A DNA stretch of 60,025 nt, filler included, from Basidiobolus ranarum (Eukaryota): assembly GCA_040143965.1 (NCBI GenBank). It is 11 parts of 11 records of this genome, joined end to end, with 100 filler letters (N's around TTAATTAATTAA, not from the genome) between each part and the next. Parts side by side here need not be neighbours in the genome. Positions count along the whole stretch, not along the records: positions 1 to 5,383 come from JASJQH010001615.1; positions 5,484 to 10,863 come from JASJQH010001616.1; positions 10,964 to 16,340 come from JASJQH010001617.1; 8 more parts are not named here. The stretch is one strand, 5' to 3'. Made by a program: the position numbers and the translations under genes. Positions 1 to 12,993 of the stretch are shown piece after piece. The notes beneath the pieces are model-generated. The model saw nothing but the letters and a program-made list of their open reading frames with translations, was not told the origin of the DNA and made no database searches. Within the stretch, counting starts at the first letter, position 1, and every line of letters starts with the position of its first letter.

Positions 1-1
1 C

Positions 2-280
2 AGTGATGATGATGACGATGAACATGGCTACAGAGGGAAAATACCCGATGCATTTTATGTAGCGATTCAGTATTTGATACGTTGCGAGGAAAGAGAGGAC
101 CGATGCAAAGAACTTGAGAATCAGATCCGCAGGAAGAGACGCCAGGAGAGATTGAATTTACGCGCTGAAATGGCGAGACGTCGAAAAGAAAGAGCCAAAT
201 CAAGAGAAGAAGAGATCAACAAAGTGATGATGATTCAGAATGAGATGATGAACTCTTTGATTGAGGCTATCAGACGTTGA
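2..280 (+). CDS. 3' end of a hypothetical protein: acidic patch followed by a charged coiled coil (partial)
   Basis: Frame is open from the contig edge: SDDDDDEHGYRGKIPDAF...EEREDRCKELENQIRRKRRQER...MMNSLIEAIRR*. The 5' part is missing. Confidence 0.55.
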   Translation, partial: SDDDDDEHGYRGKIPDAFYVAIQYLIRCEEREDRCKELENQIRRKRRQERLNLRAEMARRRKERAKSREEEINKVMMIQNEMMNSLIEAIRR

Positions 281-1279
281 TAAGTGACAAGTCCTCAGCC
301 ATTTGTACCATGTATTTCCTATATCTAAATAGAATAGAGGCTTGACCGATTCAACTACCGAATCTTTCGCAACGTTTTTCTTAAAGTCGATTATTTTTGT
401 TGATCCGAATCTTTTACACTGACCAGACTACGACTCTCTCCTTCCACCCTTATACTTTGTTTCTTAGTCTGTCTCTGGCACAGACCGAAGACACCCATTT
501 TGGAATGTTTATGTTCAAGAAATCGAACTTCTCTTCCTTCGTTATGTTTGAATAAATTTTATTGTAAAGAGCAATTTAAGAAGGCACCGCACCTTTCTCT
601 CATCAGAACCAAGTTTCCAAGACTGCTCTTGATGTTCAACCAGCACCAACTTTGTGCACTCAAAAAAGGTGTCCTGATATCATCTTCCTAGTCAGATCAA
701 ATCAAGAAATCATCATTTTATAAGGAATACCTCTTACAACGTAAAAACGAAACAAAATCTAAACTCTTCGCATTAAAAGTATGAAAAGTTCTTCATAAGT
801 GTAGAGATACTTATAAGAGTCATCACTGCATCATAACAACAATAGTAAAGTGTGCTTAGATGGAAGTTAGTACCTGCGAGTATAGACGTGACCTCTACAA
901 TACCATGAATCTGTTTGTTGCTTTAATATAAGTACTCTTTATTAGTCGACTGGATGTATAAGCTCAAATGGGCTGTGCTACAAATGATCTATACTCCTCA
1001 TTACAAGATTTCCAGAAGTCGGACGAAAGAAATTCACAGTAAGCTCGACGTTGTAGAGTTTCAGAAGAAAGGGGAATTCATACATGCATACATCAAGTCA
1101 AAGATATAAGAGCAAGGAGGAATGCAGTTGTTTTGGAAAGTCAAAAATGATTCATTATATGTAAGAATAAAATAGCTTGAAGAGAAGGGAAGAGGAGATT
1201 TGATTGTAGAGAATGTACAATTGAGCAAGTGTAACTCAGGTTGACCTTGACATCTATGAAGGATACCTTCCTTCCTCTC

Positions 1280-2514
1280 TCAATCCAGGTAAAGTCTACT
1301 ATCATAAATGTAATCAATCACAGCATTGGGTAACAAATACTTGATTGACATCTCGCGTTTGACAAATAATCTAATTGTGAGGAAACGCATGAGTAAAGCA
1401 CTCTTTCGGGAAATAAATTACACTACTTTACCTAATCTTTGTAGAACTAATGTCGTTGTGGATCAACTGTTTGACAACAAACACATTTCGCTTAAAATTC
1501 AAATCAATGTCAGTGACTTTTACGGCTTGAATCTAGGTTCATGAATGAAATACTCACGCGATGTTGATGAAGGATATCATGGGAGAGTAAGAATCCCCAC
1601 ACGTCAGTTCCAGTGCGCTCTATCAAGTAACACCCAAAGTCGCCCAGAATGTGATCCAACTAGCAAACGTGAAAGATACTTGAATATACTCATCTAACTA
1701 AATTCAAAACTATTCACAAGTACTTACATCACTAGATTCCCATTCGCTTGGATCTCCAAATGACTTTATCAAATCGCCTCCTGCGAGCAACATGATTCGG
1801 ATAGGTTTTACCTCTCCTGTCAGAGTAATGACACTTTAGTAACTGTTTGATAGTGAATGGAATATTCTGAAGGGTAGTTCACCATTAGACACGCGAATTC
1901 CACCTTCGGGTCCGTTCAGTTCTGTATCGAAATGATCCAAAACAACGGCAGTTCTCTGGAAACATGGGTTCAAAGCCTCCCAGGGATCTACCATTAACCA
2001 GTTGGAGGTGGTCTCGACCGCACGTTCACACATACGAACTCTATGTATAGCGGGTACTAAGCCGTCTTTCCCGTAGTTATCGTTTACTGGGGAGAAGTAG
2101 CCACCGATAAGTTCAAATTTCTCATTTTCAACAATATGATCTTTGGCCATTTCTTATATATACGAGGTAAGAGCGATGAGTACTCTAGGGTGGGTAGTTT
2201 CTTTAGTTGTAAAGTCATACACTTACCAAACATACGTAAATGAAGATATGTGATGGGTGAGAAAGAACCACACGCGACTAGAACCAAAGGAATCTTTGTC
2301 TCATCTAAGTTAAAATAAAGAAATCCAGTTCATATGAGAAAAGTTGCACGTTTACACTTTTTATCAGAAACAAAAAGCTTCGTTGATACAAATATAGCTT
2401 TCTGGCACAAATTTTCTTTCGTTTCAAATACTGACCCTTTAAAGAAGTAGCTAGTCTATGTCTAGGAAAAGAGTAACCACGAGGTGCGGTGAGATTGGTT
2501 GAGTTCGAGGTCAT
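1280..2514 (-). CDS. NMA1: Nicotinamide/nicotinate mononucleotide adenylyltransferase (NMNAT), 7 exons, about 255 aa
   Basis: Exons 2514-2436, 2304-2227, 2152-1883, 1816-1728, 1659-1558, 1490-1432 and 1370-1280 join in frame at GT-AG introns. Motifs: GSFSPITYLHLRMFE, SPVNDNYGK, WLMVDPWE, LLAGGDL, NDISSTKIR, SIKYLLP. Confidence 0.95.
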
Positions 2515-3236
2515 ACTAACAATGGAATTTCCCCTTCAAAATAAAATTGAAAGAACTTTGAAAGATACGTCGGGACGTGACGATAAATCAACTCTAAAAT
2601 GAAACTATTGAAGAGCAAGTTGGTCAAATAAATGAACGAAAAAATTACACTGTGTGAGAGGTTGGGGATGAATTCCACAGGTTCAGGGTCTTTGTAATGG
2701 TAATTATCGGAGGCTCAAATGTTACTCCAACTAATCCGAAACGCCTACAATTGATCTGATTCGCGCTCTTCTTCCTTTAGGGTTAGGGCAACCATGATAC
2801 GTGGACAGATAGTCAAAAATTCACCACTAACCCCAGAAATTGAATTCAGGGTAATGAAGGTTGTAGGCCAACGTTTGATGTCATTTTAAGGTGAGTTTAT
2901 TATCTTTTGAAGAGGAAACAGGGAGAGAGGTGAGAAGTGTACAAGCAATAAAATTTAGCTTAGTAAAGCCTCTAGAGAAAGAAAGAGAGAGAGAGAAGTG
3001 AGAAAGTATGTTCGATAATAGTATAGACAAACATCTGTTCGCTAGTGGATTAATACATAACCACCGCATACAAACAGGGCGGTAACGAGGATGAACCGTA
3101 GTGAAGTCGAGCCAGGTGTGAATATGAATATAGGTACGGATGTGTGAATATGGATGTGTACATGTATATTGGCCGTCAAAGTAGATCTCACTTGCTTGAT
3201 GAATGATGAATATTGTTACATGAGCCCGTACACATG

Positions 3237-4175
3237 TTAGTTTAAGATGAACTGTAATGCTGCCTTTTGCACATCTAGGAATAAAACATTTGATTAGAGA
3301 GAATTCATGAATGAACAATACAATAGATGGACTAAACAAATATGATCTTATGAAATAATAGCAAGTCATGAAATCGATAAAATGTATTATACCTTTGCAT
3401 GGATTCATATCATTTTGGGATAGATCGGCATTTTCTTCGCTAGTTTGTGTGGTTTCTGAATTATGTTGAGCACAGTTTAGGTTGTTGGAAGGCAGTGGAT
3501 ACCTAGGATGCTGACAGAAACGACCTGAGCTAGGTAAGAGTTGCCGGAAGTTGGTTTGAAGACTTGGATTAGGGTAAAAGCTTCTTCCACTTATACACCC
3601 AGGTGATCGAGTGTATTCAAGGAAATGGTGTGATCCTCGATTTGGCGCGATGGAAGGAATGTTATGAGAATCAACTTCTGGCGGTGAGGGTGGTGGTGTT
3701 CTATGATAAGAAGGCGAGCTAGGTATGGAATCCACCATTTTGTGCACGGAATCGTCATGTCTAGGCAGAGATTCTTCGATTTTAGTTCGCTTTCTAGAGT
3801 ATCTACGATGAAGAATTAGTAAGTAAAACGGGAATATTTTTACTATTAAAGAATAGTTACTTACTCGTTACGTTGTGTCAGAGGATGATTATGTACCATA
3901 CACTTTCCGGCCTTAAATTCCCAGAGTTTACGCTTGCTAAGAAATAACACCACTCTCCAGTCACAATTACACCGTTCTGAAACTCGGTTACGCACGCGAA
4001 AGGTGGTTCCTTTATATTCGGATTTACCTTCTTTTGAGCATACAATATAAATAGTAGAATCCTTTGACGTTCGCCTTCGTATTCCAAAGCCGCAGCTACG
4101 AGCCAACTGTTGGCAATAGTCGAAACCCTCTTTCGGACTTATGAACTGCATATTAAATATGCTGTTAAAATCCAT
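3237..4175 (-). CDS. FAR1-type (WRKY-GCM1 superfamily) DNA-binding domain protein, 3 exons, about 252 aa
   Basis: Exon 4175-3865 encodes GFGIRRRTS...CSKEG...SERCNCDWRV...W...HNHPL. Exon 3802-3393 is Pro/Ser-rich. Exon 3274-3237 ends DVQKAALQFILN*. All joins are in frame at GT-AG. Confidence 0.8.
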
Positions 4176-4924
4176 ATTGCTTTATTTTCGCCGCTTTTCA
4201 AGTAAGCTTATCGGTTGTGTTGGATTTTCACTACTCCTTGAAGAAAAAGCTACCTGTTCAGACGATACTTGCCTCTCCCTTACAAGGTATATGTACCGGA
4301 TATTGTTCAGTGCTAGGTACTTTACTAACACTTGACTTATTTATGAAAAAAATTTCACCAAGTACGTGAGCAAGAAGGATAAAAGATTTGTCAAAATGGA
4401 TGGAACTCAGTGAGCCTTCACAAAAACAGGAAAAGAAAGAAGAGTTGAATAAGGGATTTCTCCTAGCGATATGAGGCAAAGCTGATGAGATAAAACGATG
4501 TTTGAGAGAAACAAATTCTGAAACTAAGTCCAGGTTAGAAGTGACGAAATAAGAATCGAGAAGTAGTTGTTACTTTTTCTTAAAAGAGTTCAACGCATAT
4601 GCAGCCTATCATTTCTATGGGAAGACAGCTAAACAGTAGATTTTTTAAGAATTCGAGTTATGAGATGTAATCGATAAAGTATCATAGAGAATATATAAAA
4701 GCGACATTTTTAAAGTGGACCACGCAGCTCTGCAGTAGTAACGAATGGGATTTAACTTGCTGGTAAATTCTTTGTAAACAACTTACGGGATTGCATGGAC
4801 CAAATATTCCTGGGAAATTCCGTCTCTTACCGCGCCACTTATCTTGTCAACATGAACGGTTGCTAGTTACCCTACTTTCTGAAACCTCAGCTGATTTAAA
4901 TGACATTCCTTGGCTTGTCCCGCC

Positions 4925-5383
4925 AATTGAGAGCTTCATCATTATTGGTAGCTATAATCAGATCACCCATATATAAGGAAAGTATCACCTTATTGTCCAT
5001 ATCTGTTTTAATATAGATCTCAAAATCACCTTACTCTTTTGGAAATCAAGTGATACCAAATATTTGTCTATCTTAGTGTACCAGGCCCTGGGTGATGGTT
5101 TATGTCCATAAAGTGATTTTTGTAACTTGCACATGGCCTCAGGGTGCTCAGGACTTACAAAACCATCTGGTTTATCCATGAATAAATCATCTTCCAAGTC
5201 CCCATTCAAAAAAGCAGTATTAACATCCATTTGATGTATTTTTAAGCAGTGTTTTGCTGCTACTGCTAGTATGGTTCTGATGGAATTAAACTTTGCTACA
5301 GGAGCAAAAGTTTCATTGTAGTCCACTCCTTCCATATGAGAGTATCCTTTAGCCACAAGTCTGGCTTTATATCTTTCTACAGA
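4925..5383 (-). mobile_element. Ty1/copia reverse transcriptase fragment
   Basis: YKARLVAKGYSH..GVDYNETFAPV, QMDVNTAFLNG, LQKSLYG.K.SPRAW and a frameshifted LYMGDLIIA. Cut by the contig end. Confidence 0.9.
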
Positions 5384-5483
5384 NNNNNNNNNNNNNNNNN
5401 NNNNNNNNNNNNNNNNNNNNNNNNNNNTTAATTAATTAANNNNNNNNNNNNNNNNNNNNNNNNNNNNNNNNNNNNNNNNNNNN
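5384..5483. other. Artificial contig linker (N44-TTAATTAATTAA-N44); identical linkers at 10864, 16341, 21817, 27288, 32753, 38216, 43673, 49128 and 54578
   Basis: Identical 100-bp spacers carrying stops in all six frames. Contig lengths fall steadily from 5383 to 5348 bp. Confidence 0.99.
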
Positions 5484-7729
5484 AACCTAGAGTTGCTTTT
5501 GCTTCTTCATCCTCTAGATTGGGTGAAAGACTTTCCTCTTCTCGTCTGGCGAACGCCTTCGCAGCTTTTGCCGCGGCCGCTGGGCTTAGTGGTGAAGATC
5601 CCAATGAAAACAAGGAGCTTCCTGACATTTTGAAGCAACAAAAATCTGATGGTCATGAGGATGAAAAAGTAGAGAATTATAATGAAGGTAGTGACGAGAT
5701 GGAGATTGGCGAAGAGGAGAAGGATTCATCTGATATGGATGTTGATGAAGAAACTCAGAGTATAAAGGAAGAGTCAACTGTTGGTAAAGGGAAGACTACC
5801 GAGGCGATGGCCGAAGAGAATGAAGAAGAGGAGGAAGAACAGCAGTCTTCCAAGCAACTCAAGGTCTCTTATGCCTCGGCAGCTCAGAAAGCTACTGATT
5901 GGCATCTCGAATTCAGTATTGGTGATGTCGTGATTGATACCGAATGGACAATCTACAAAGCCATTCACCAACATCTCAATCAAGCTACTCAGAAGAATCG
6001 CAATATTTGGTCTGCTATTTATCCTGTAAAATATAGAAAAGTACCAGATTCTTCAACGGAAAGCTCGAAAGCGTCCCAGGCTCAATCATCAAAATCTGGA
6101 TTCACAGAAGTAGAAAAACCCAATGGTGATGCTAGCCTCAAAGACTCGTATTCTCAAATTCTTCAGCTTCTTCGTGAACTACATGCTCTAAACACTAGGT
6201 ACTTGGAGCTTTATTCTCAAACGGATTTATGCTTGGAGTCGTTGGCAGTTCTCTCACCTTCCAAATTCATAAATGGCAAACTTACCGCTAAGATGAATAG
6301 ACAGTTGGATGAGCCCATGATTGTTGTTAGTTCATGTCTTCCTTCTTGGTGTGAATATTTAGCGAATGAATATCCATTTTTGTTCCCCTTCGGAACTCGC
6401 TACCTTTATTTACAGTCTACCGCTTTTGGCTATTCAAGGTCCATTGCTCGCTATCAAAATCAACAATCGCGAAATGGTCAACAAGATTCTCGTCGTGATG
6501 AATCACAGCCTTTACTCGGCCGTATTCAAAGACAAAAAGTACGTATTTCTCGTTCACGCATACTCGAATCAGCAGTCAAAGTGATGGATCTATACGGGTC
6601 TCAGCAATCGATCCTCGAAGTGGAATATTTCGAAGAAGCCGGAACTGGTCTAGGGCCTACTCTGGAATTTTATGCTACAGTCTCGAAGGAATTCTGCAAA
6701 AGATCATTGAAATTGTGGAGGGATGATAGTGATCCAGACTCGAGTAGGAAATACATTACTTCTCCTCTTGGACTGTTTCCACGTCCTACGAGTGAAGAAT
6801 ACTTGGCAAGCGAAAATGGAATCAAGATCTTGAATCTTTTCAAAGCAATGGGCAAGTTCGTTGCTAAAGCTTTGATTGACTCTCGAATCATCGATTTGCC
6901 ATTCAATCCCATCTTCATCAAGACCCTCTTAAATCCAAAAGAAAATATCAAGAACTTACGTAGCGTGATGCATATTGATAGTGTAGTTGGCAACTCTCTG
7001 AAAGTGATAAAATACTTCGTTCGTGAGAAACAATGCATCATCCAAGATTCTACTTTGAATGAAGCAGAGCGTCATGAAGCTCTCAAAAATATCCGACATC
7101 AAGGTGCCAGCCTGGAAGATCTTTGTTTAGATTGTACACTGCCTGGATATCCCGATATTGAATTGGTCGAAAATGGAGCAAACGTCACAGTTACTATTCA
7201 AAATGTTGAAGAGTACTTTAACGGGGTACTGGAGTACACAGTTGGATCAGGCATCGCTAAGAAGGTTGCAGCATTCCGTGATGGATTTAACACGGTGTTC
7301 CCTCTAAAGCACCTCAATGCATTCAGTCCTGAGGAACTTGTGATGCTCTTCGGCCAAGCGGAGGAGGATTGGTCCTCGGAAGTGCTGTTAGATGCAATTA
7401 AGGCAGACCATGGTTATACACTGGAGAGTCGTCCTATCAGATACTTGATTGAAATATTGTCCAATTTCACATCTGAGGAGCGAAGAGAGTTCTTACAATT
7501 TGTCACTGGAAGCCCCAAACTACCCATTGGTGGATTCAAGAATCTTTTGCCAGCTTTCACAATCGTGTGTAAACCTAATGAATTACCACTCACTCCTGAT
7601 GATTACTTACCTTCTGTCATGACATGCGTGAATTACCTAAAAATGCCCAACTATTCTACTCAAGAGATCATGAGAAAGAAATTGGAAAAGGCAATGAAAG
7701 AAGGCCAGGGAAGCTTTCATCTTTCATAG
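5484..7729 (+). CDS. UFD4: HECT E3 ubiquitin ligase, UFD4/TRIP12 family, C-terminal part (5' truncated)
   Basis: KLTAKMNRQL, RQKVRISR, EEAGTGLGPTLEFY, FLQFVTGSPKLPIGGF, catalytic PSVMTCVNYLKMP, terminal EGQGSFHLS. Confidence 0.95.
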
Positions 7730-8292
7730 TGTTTTGTCTACTCCCAAATATATCCGCTTCTGTTTGGTTATAGTATTTCTTTTAATGTACATCAACATTC
7801 CTGAATTGTTTGTTCAAGAAACATACGAAAATGTAACCTTTTCCTTTCCTTTCCTGTCCCTTCCCCTCCTTTCTTATACTTTTTACTTACTTTGAGAATT
7901 CGCTATTTTTCTTGTGCCTTTCGTTACTTCTATTAAAATATATGAGCCTTGTTTCCCTCTGCCTTTCCGACCAGTATGGTTTTCTTTGTTGTAGCACTTG
8001 GATCGTAATATGTAGAAATAAACGTTTGCAAAGGGATTTTTATAGACTATCATGTAAGTGGGTGTTTTATGTTCCAGCTTTGCTTTATTAATAGAGATCA
8101 ATGTCCTGAGGGTTTATGTATATCCGAATATAGATTTGGGCTAATTTGTATGGTTTACATGATTTAATGTACATATTGGGCTAATGATGGCTTTGTATAA
8201 TTGAGATTGCCATTGCGATTGTCAAGTAGCTTAGTACTTATGTAGTGCTTATAACAGAGTATTTTTCATGTTCATGTTCACGCTCTTGCCCA

Positions 8293-8922
8293 TCATCGAT
8301 CAATAGTAATATGATTTGGATAGGATTTCACTAAGAAAAATGGGTTCTCAATCTTTAAACTGTCCCAATAAAGATAGCCATTTCCTGTGAATGATAATGT
8401 TAGCTTGGTTGAGACTGATTTGAATGCAGCAATTACGGGGAGAGCTTACCAAGTAGGTTCATTCTGGACACTTCTTCTACATCCTCTAGATGAAATACCC
8501 ATTTATGACCATTTGCATTCTGACTGATACAACGACCACATGCACGTAAAATATAATATCCAATGATGTTTCCACTGAGATTGCGTTAGTACATCAGTAT
8601 AGTGCAAATCAATGAAATAGTAAAATATTTACCAGCAAGAACATGCGGTACGTTGTACTTCACAAGAGCATGATATCCTCAAACGTTCCTGCTCGTCCTC
8701 TTCAGTTATACAATTGATCGGTTCCCAATCGGTAGAGTATAAGTGAACATTAGGTCTAGCCACTAACATTGCCTGAAGAAGAATTAGCCAGAGCTGATAA
8801 AGCATATTGCCTTTTCTTTAACTTACCTTCATGGCACGGTCAGTGATTAGGGTTTGACAATGGGTACAGTTTAATAATAGCACCTTCTTATCTGCGCTCA
8901 AAGATTGTGGCGTTTTGACCAT
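8293..8922 (-). CDS. FAM72-like Cys-rich protein, copy B, 4 exons, about 150 aa (not in ORF track)
   Basis: Exons 8922-8827, 8772-8633, 8574-8450 and 8384-8293 splice in frame to MVKTPQ...LNCTHCQTLITDRAMKAMLVARPNVHLYSTD...SCSCEVQRTACSCCGNIIGYYILRACGRC...NGHKWVFH...YLYW...TIDR*. Confidence 0.85.
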
Positions 8923-9293
8923 TGTTCGTCTATGTTTGATAGAATTAACAAGATGGATTGAAATGCTCTAACAAATAAAGGTAATGTTTCTCTAGCTCCA
9001 AATGGATGGCGATGCTCACTTCCACTACGTAGGAGATCCTTAAATATTAAAAGTGATCTTCAGTGGTGATGATTCATGGACCTTTTGCATGAAAAATCAG
9101 TCACATTAAGCTATTTTTATCCCTTGACAACGAAGCCTACTTGATTGGACTACCATTGTGAGAAGATATTTCTTTTATCGATTGGTGTGATTACATGATG
9201 AGATGTTTCTAGGGCTGGATAGGGTAGAGTAGGGCATTATACTATGGATTTAATATATATAATGCAGTATAAACTGCTTTCTATGAAGAAGCG

Positions 9294-9996
9294 CTAACGA
9301 TCAGGATTAGATTCAGTCAGTTCCAGATCCAATTCAGGTGCCTTTACCGCGCCCCATAGCATTGGCATTCTTTCTGGTAGGACAAGTTAGGTCAAGTGAT
9401 ATAAATGGTTTAGCTTGGCAGAGTAAACAAACCTAGTGATAGACGCTCAGTTGATTTGACGGTGGTCGAGTGGAATATCCAGTAATGTCCGTTATTGTAG
9501 TCAGATAAGCAGCTTGGACAAGCTAGCGTAACATTATATCCAACCACATTCCCGCTGAACCAATCAATCTAGTTAGTTTGCATGATCGGCAGTAACCTAA
9601 TGAAAGAAAAAATGAGCAACATTTACCAGTCCAAACATGCTACGTCACGTATACTGCAACCACACTTCTCAGTGAGATACTCTGGTCCTATCCCTTGAGC
9701 TCTATCGACACATTGATGTTTAGTCTCAGCAAGTAAGAAAGCCCACAGAAAAAAACTCACCTGGAAGGTACCATATCCGTTGAATACAACTCTACTTTAC
9801 AATCAGCCAATAGAACCGCTTTCATACCTCGTTCACAGAAAATATTCTGACAGAATCGACAATCTAATATAAAGACGGGCTTTTGGGCAAATTGAGGTCT
9901 TGGTTGAGAGTTTCTTACTGGAGTATTGGTTTGTAAGCCATCACGAATGTAGAAGCGCGGGGTTGAGTCATTAGGTTGAATAATGGTCTCAATCAT
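9294..9996 (-). CDS. FAM72-like Cys-rich protein, copy A, 4 exons, about 170 aa
   Basis: Exons 9996-9761, 9701-9627, 9554-9433 and 9373-9294 give LDCRFCQNIFCERGMKAVLLADCKVELYSTD...CGCSIRDVACLDCGNVVGYNVTLACPSCL..YNNGHYWIFH...MLWG...PDR*, the FAM72 signature. Confidence 0.9.
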
Positions 9997-11423
9997 GAAG
10001 AAATCGTTATTTGTCTTTGAGTGGTTATTCTATTCTGCTTTGAGTGGTTATTCTAGTCTAAAAGTTCAAAGAGTGAAGTGGTTTCTTTAGAACGCTCGAG
10101 AGATAGAATTGTCAGGAAGTTCCTTTTAAATGGGCGGATTATTTGAAGGAGTTTGTGCATCTGCATGGTAACATGCAAGTTGAATTCTTGGCCAACATAG
10201 GAGAAAAGCTTCCTTACTTGGAAACAATCTTCCTTGATTTGTTAATCCACACAATAATATTAATGTATTCAATGATACATCCGTGATGTTTCATCATCTA
10301 TTTGATGCTGTCACTCCTAAGGAAAATCATGAAATTACTTGTTTGTCTATATATCTATGCAGTCGCCCATGTTAACATCAATCGAGCATTGTATTCTTTT
10401 TCTAGACTGACCTATGTTGCACTATGCCAAGTCTCCGTTTAAAATTAGTGTGAAAAGTGAGCTGGTGTATGAGGGAGACAGTGGAGAGTTCACAAGGATG
10501 TTGATCTATGGTTTCATTATCGATGCGGATAATTCATAAAGCTGTAATAAAAAGAGAAGAAGCGGGGTATAATGAAAATGTTTTCAATCAATTTAATAAA
10601 CAGGTTATTTATATAATTATTTATTGAATGAGGAAAGGGGGAGTGATGACAATTATGATTAATCAACAAATGAGAAAGGGGATGTACATGAAATGCAAAA
10701 GTTGAGTAATTATGAGATAGTTTATATAGCAGAGGCAAGTAGTTTAGGTGCGTAAGCAGCAAAAGAGAACACAAGTCCTGCAATTAGTCCAGCACAAGGA
10801 AGTGTTAGAATCCAAGAGAAGAAGCACCACCCAATCATTCTCCAATTGATGGTCTTTGCACTTNNNNNNNNNNNNNNNNNNNNNNNNNNNNNNNNNNNNN
10901 NNNNNNNTTAATTAATTAANNNNNNNNNNNNNNNNNNNNNNNNNNNNNNNNNNNNNNNNNNNNTACTCATGGTTCGTAAGTGTTGGGGGGCTGCTACCAA
11001 GTTTTGAGTGGAGTGGCGTTTCTAGATCATCATTATCTTGACCCATAATCTCTTCCTTGATGGGAAAGAAGGGTTTGAATAAAATTGATGTTCCAAACGA
11101 AATATTGCGAACTGAAGCTTCAAACCAAACCAAGGCAAGGATCTGATTTCCAATGTTACATGTACCATTTGCTTTTAGATAGGGGGAGTCCTAGCGTTGA
11201 AGAGAATAATTCCATCTCCTTGTCTCCTCCTATTCCAATTGAATCTATGTTCCCACCACTGAAAAAGCTTTTCCGAAGACATGCCGTCTCAGTGCCTCCG
11301 AGATGAAAATCCAATTTACATTTTTACTGGCTGTTTATATCCCCCTTTTTACTTCACCAAAATCTTTTATGCACATGACTTTCATCCCTTCTCTCCTAAT
11401 CGTAAAAAAGGCCCAGTGCTGAG

Positions 11424-11913
11424 TTGGTGCTACCATTTAGTGTAGAGCTTGTGATCCCAGGAGGCTCTCCAACCCAAGTGTTCGGTGACTCCTTATCTAT
11501 CAAAGGAAATAATGGTTATTTGGAGTGGGTGAGACCATACTCATATTCGTTGTTTGAAGAGGCCCAGACTGTAGACCAAACTGGTTCATTCATCCATTTG
11601 CAATCCTAATTACTTTAGGAGTCACATTCTCTTTTCTCTTCAAATGGGGTTATACAGAGGCATTGACGATTCCGTGCAAATACATGTCACTTAGATGTGG
11701 AAAATGGTTGACTTCCAAGTAAGGGATTATCACGTTTATTTTAGTGCCACAATATCAATTGGGGAGAGGGTTGATGACAAAGAAGTTTCTATAATTCTAC
11801 GTGAAAAGACCGATAAGATATTGTGTACTATGGTGAGGTCGACTTCCCCCCCGGGCTTATTTGGATGGTATAAGAAAGATCAACACATGGGTTTTGGTGT
11901 TACGCTTAAATAA
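11424..11913 (+). CDS. Possible exons of an unidentified gene or pseudogene
   Basis: Two short coding-like ORFs (PFSVELVIPGG...; WKMVDFQVRDYHVYFSATI...). No family recognised and splicing not resolved. Confidence 0.2.
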
Positions 11914-12155
11914 GTACATTTGAAGATGGAATTCAGCTATAAATGTTACACGCTGATGGCTTCAAAACGGAGTCACCAAAGGGCATTGTGAATATATACA
12001 TAGGGAACAAGGTAACGTGGGATAAGATACGGTTTGCTATCAACTAGAAGATAGTGATGACAAAATATACTCAGGGAGGATTTTTACATGGCTATAAGGA
12101 GAAGATGTTCACAAAAAATACATGGGCGCTCAATGGAGGCAAAGCGCAAAATATC

Positions 12156-12993
12156 TTAAAGCTGACTTGAAGTGATGGTGGAGGCATTGGAGCTAGGGGA
12201 CTCCCATGATTTACGAAGCTGTGAGGGCTTTGTGTTAGGGTTGGACAGACGTCGGATTCCATTGAAAATATTGGGCAAACTAGTACATCTAGAGAGTCGA
12301 TGTTTCGGCCTTTTGGCATTTGTGTTATTGAATGAGGGTACTACAGATGGAGGAGGCTGCTCGCTTGAAATCTTGGAGGCCTCAACCTTCAAGTTGGGCT
12401 TTGCAAACTCCTTCGGGGTCGGTAGTTTTAATTTCTCCTCTGTAGTAATTCCCTGCTTTTGAAATATATGATACTGCTCTAGAAGTATCGCCAGGCTGAG
12501 GTATTGCTTAGCCAGAGCAATGGTGAGTGGCGTGATGCCATACTTGTCAGGATTGTCTACTTTGGCACCATGACGAAGTAGCAGTTCAACCATACGAGAG
12601 TCCCCGTTGGCCACTGCATAGTGGAGAGCAGAGAATCCTGGATAACTATCCCCTCTAATTCCATCAGCATGACCAGTATACGCTTTGGAAAAACTAGAAT
12701 AACTTTAATATAAGAATTTCATACGTTGTATGAGAGGAAAACAAGATCAATTACCTTTGGATATTCACATCAGCGCCTCTCTGAATGAGGTATTCAACTA
12801 CTATTACGTTTCCGCTACAACAGGCCGCATGAATGGGCAAGACACCTTTGATAACTGAATTGATTGCTTGACCATGATCTAGAGCAAATTTGACCAGGCC
12901 TAGATTCCCAGCTGCTGCTCCGGAATGTAATCCAAGGTTAATAAAGCCTTTGGGCTTCTTTATCGCTAAATTGGGTTTTGTGAGTAAGGTCAT
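12156..12993 (-). CDS. Ankyrin-repeat protein, 2 exons, about 258 aa
   Basis: Exons 12993-12755 and 12693-12156. Repeats GLHSGAAAGNLGLVKFAL, PIHAACCSGN..VVEYLIQRGADVN, ALHYAVANG..MVELLLRHGA, GITPL, then a Ser/Pro-rich tail. Confidence 0.9.

Noticed and set aside
2881..3747. 288-aa ORF as a separate gene
   Set aside because: The first part is exon 2 of the FAR1 gene. The rest is read-through into intron and 3' UTR, including a TC-rich tract.
5384..5483. Regularly spaced TTAATTAATTAA palindromes as a repeat array or biological site
   Set aside because: They are artificial contig linkers embedded in Ns. ORFs containing X that span them are artefacts, and gene neighbourhoods across them mean nothing.
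5586..7041. Antisense and alternate-frame ORFs over UFD4 (similarly over the DAAO and ankyrin genes)
   Set aside because: Shadow ORFs of strong coding regions with no recognisable motifs.
10017..10060. Direct duplication TTTGAGTGGTTATTCTA upstream of FAM72 copy A
   Set aside because: Only two copies; most simply a slippage duplication.
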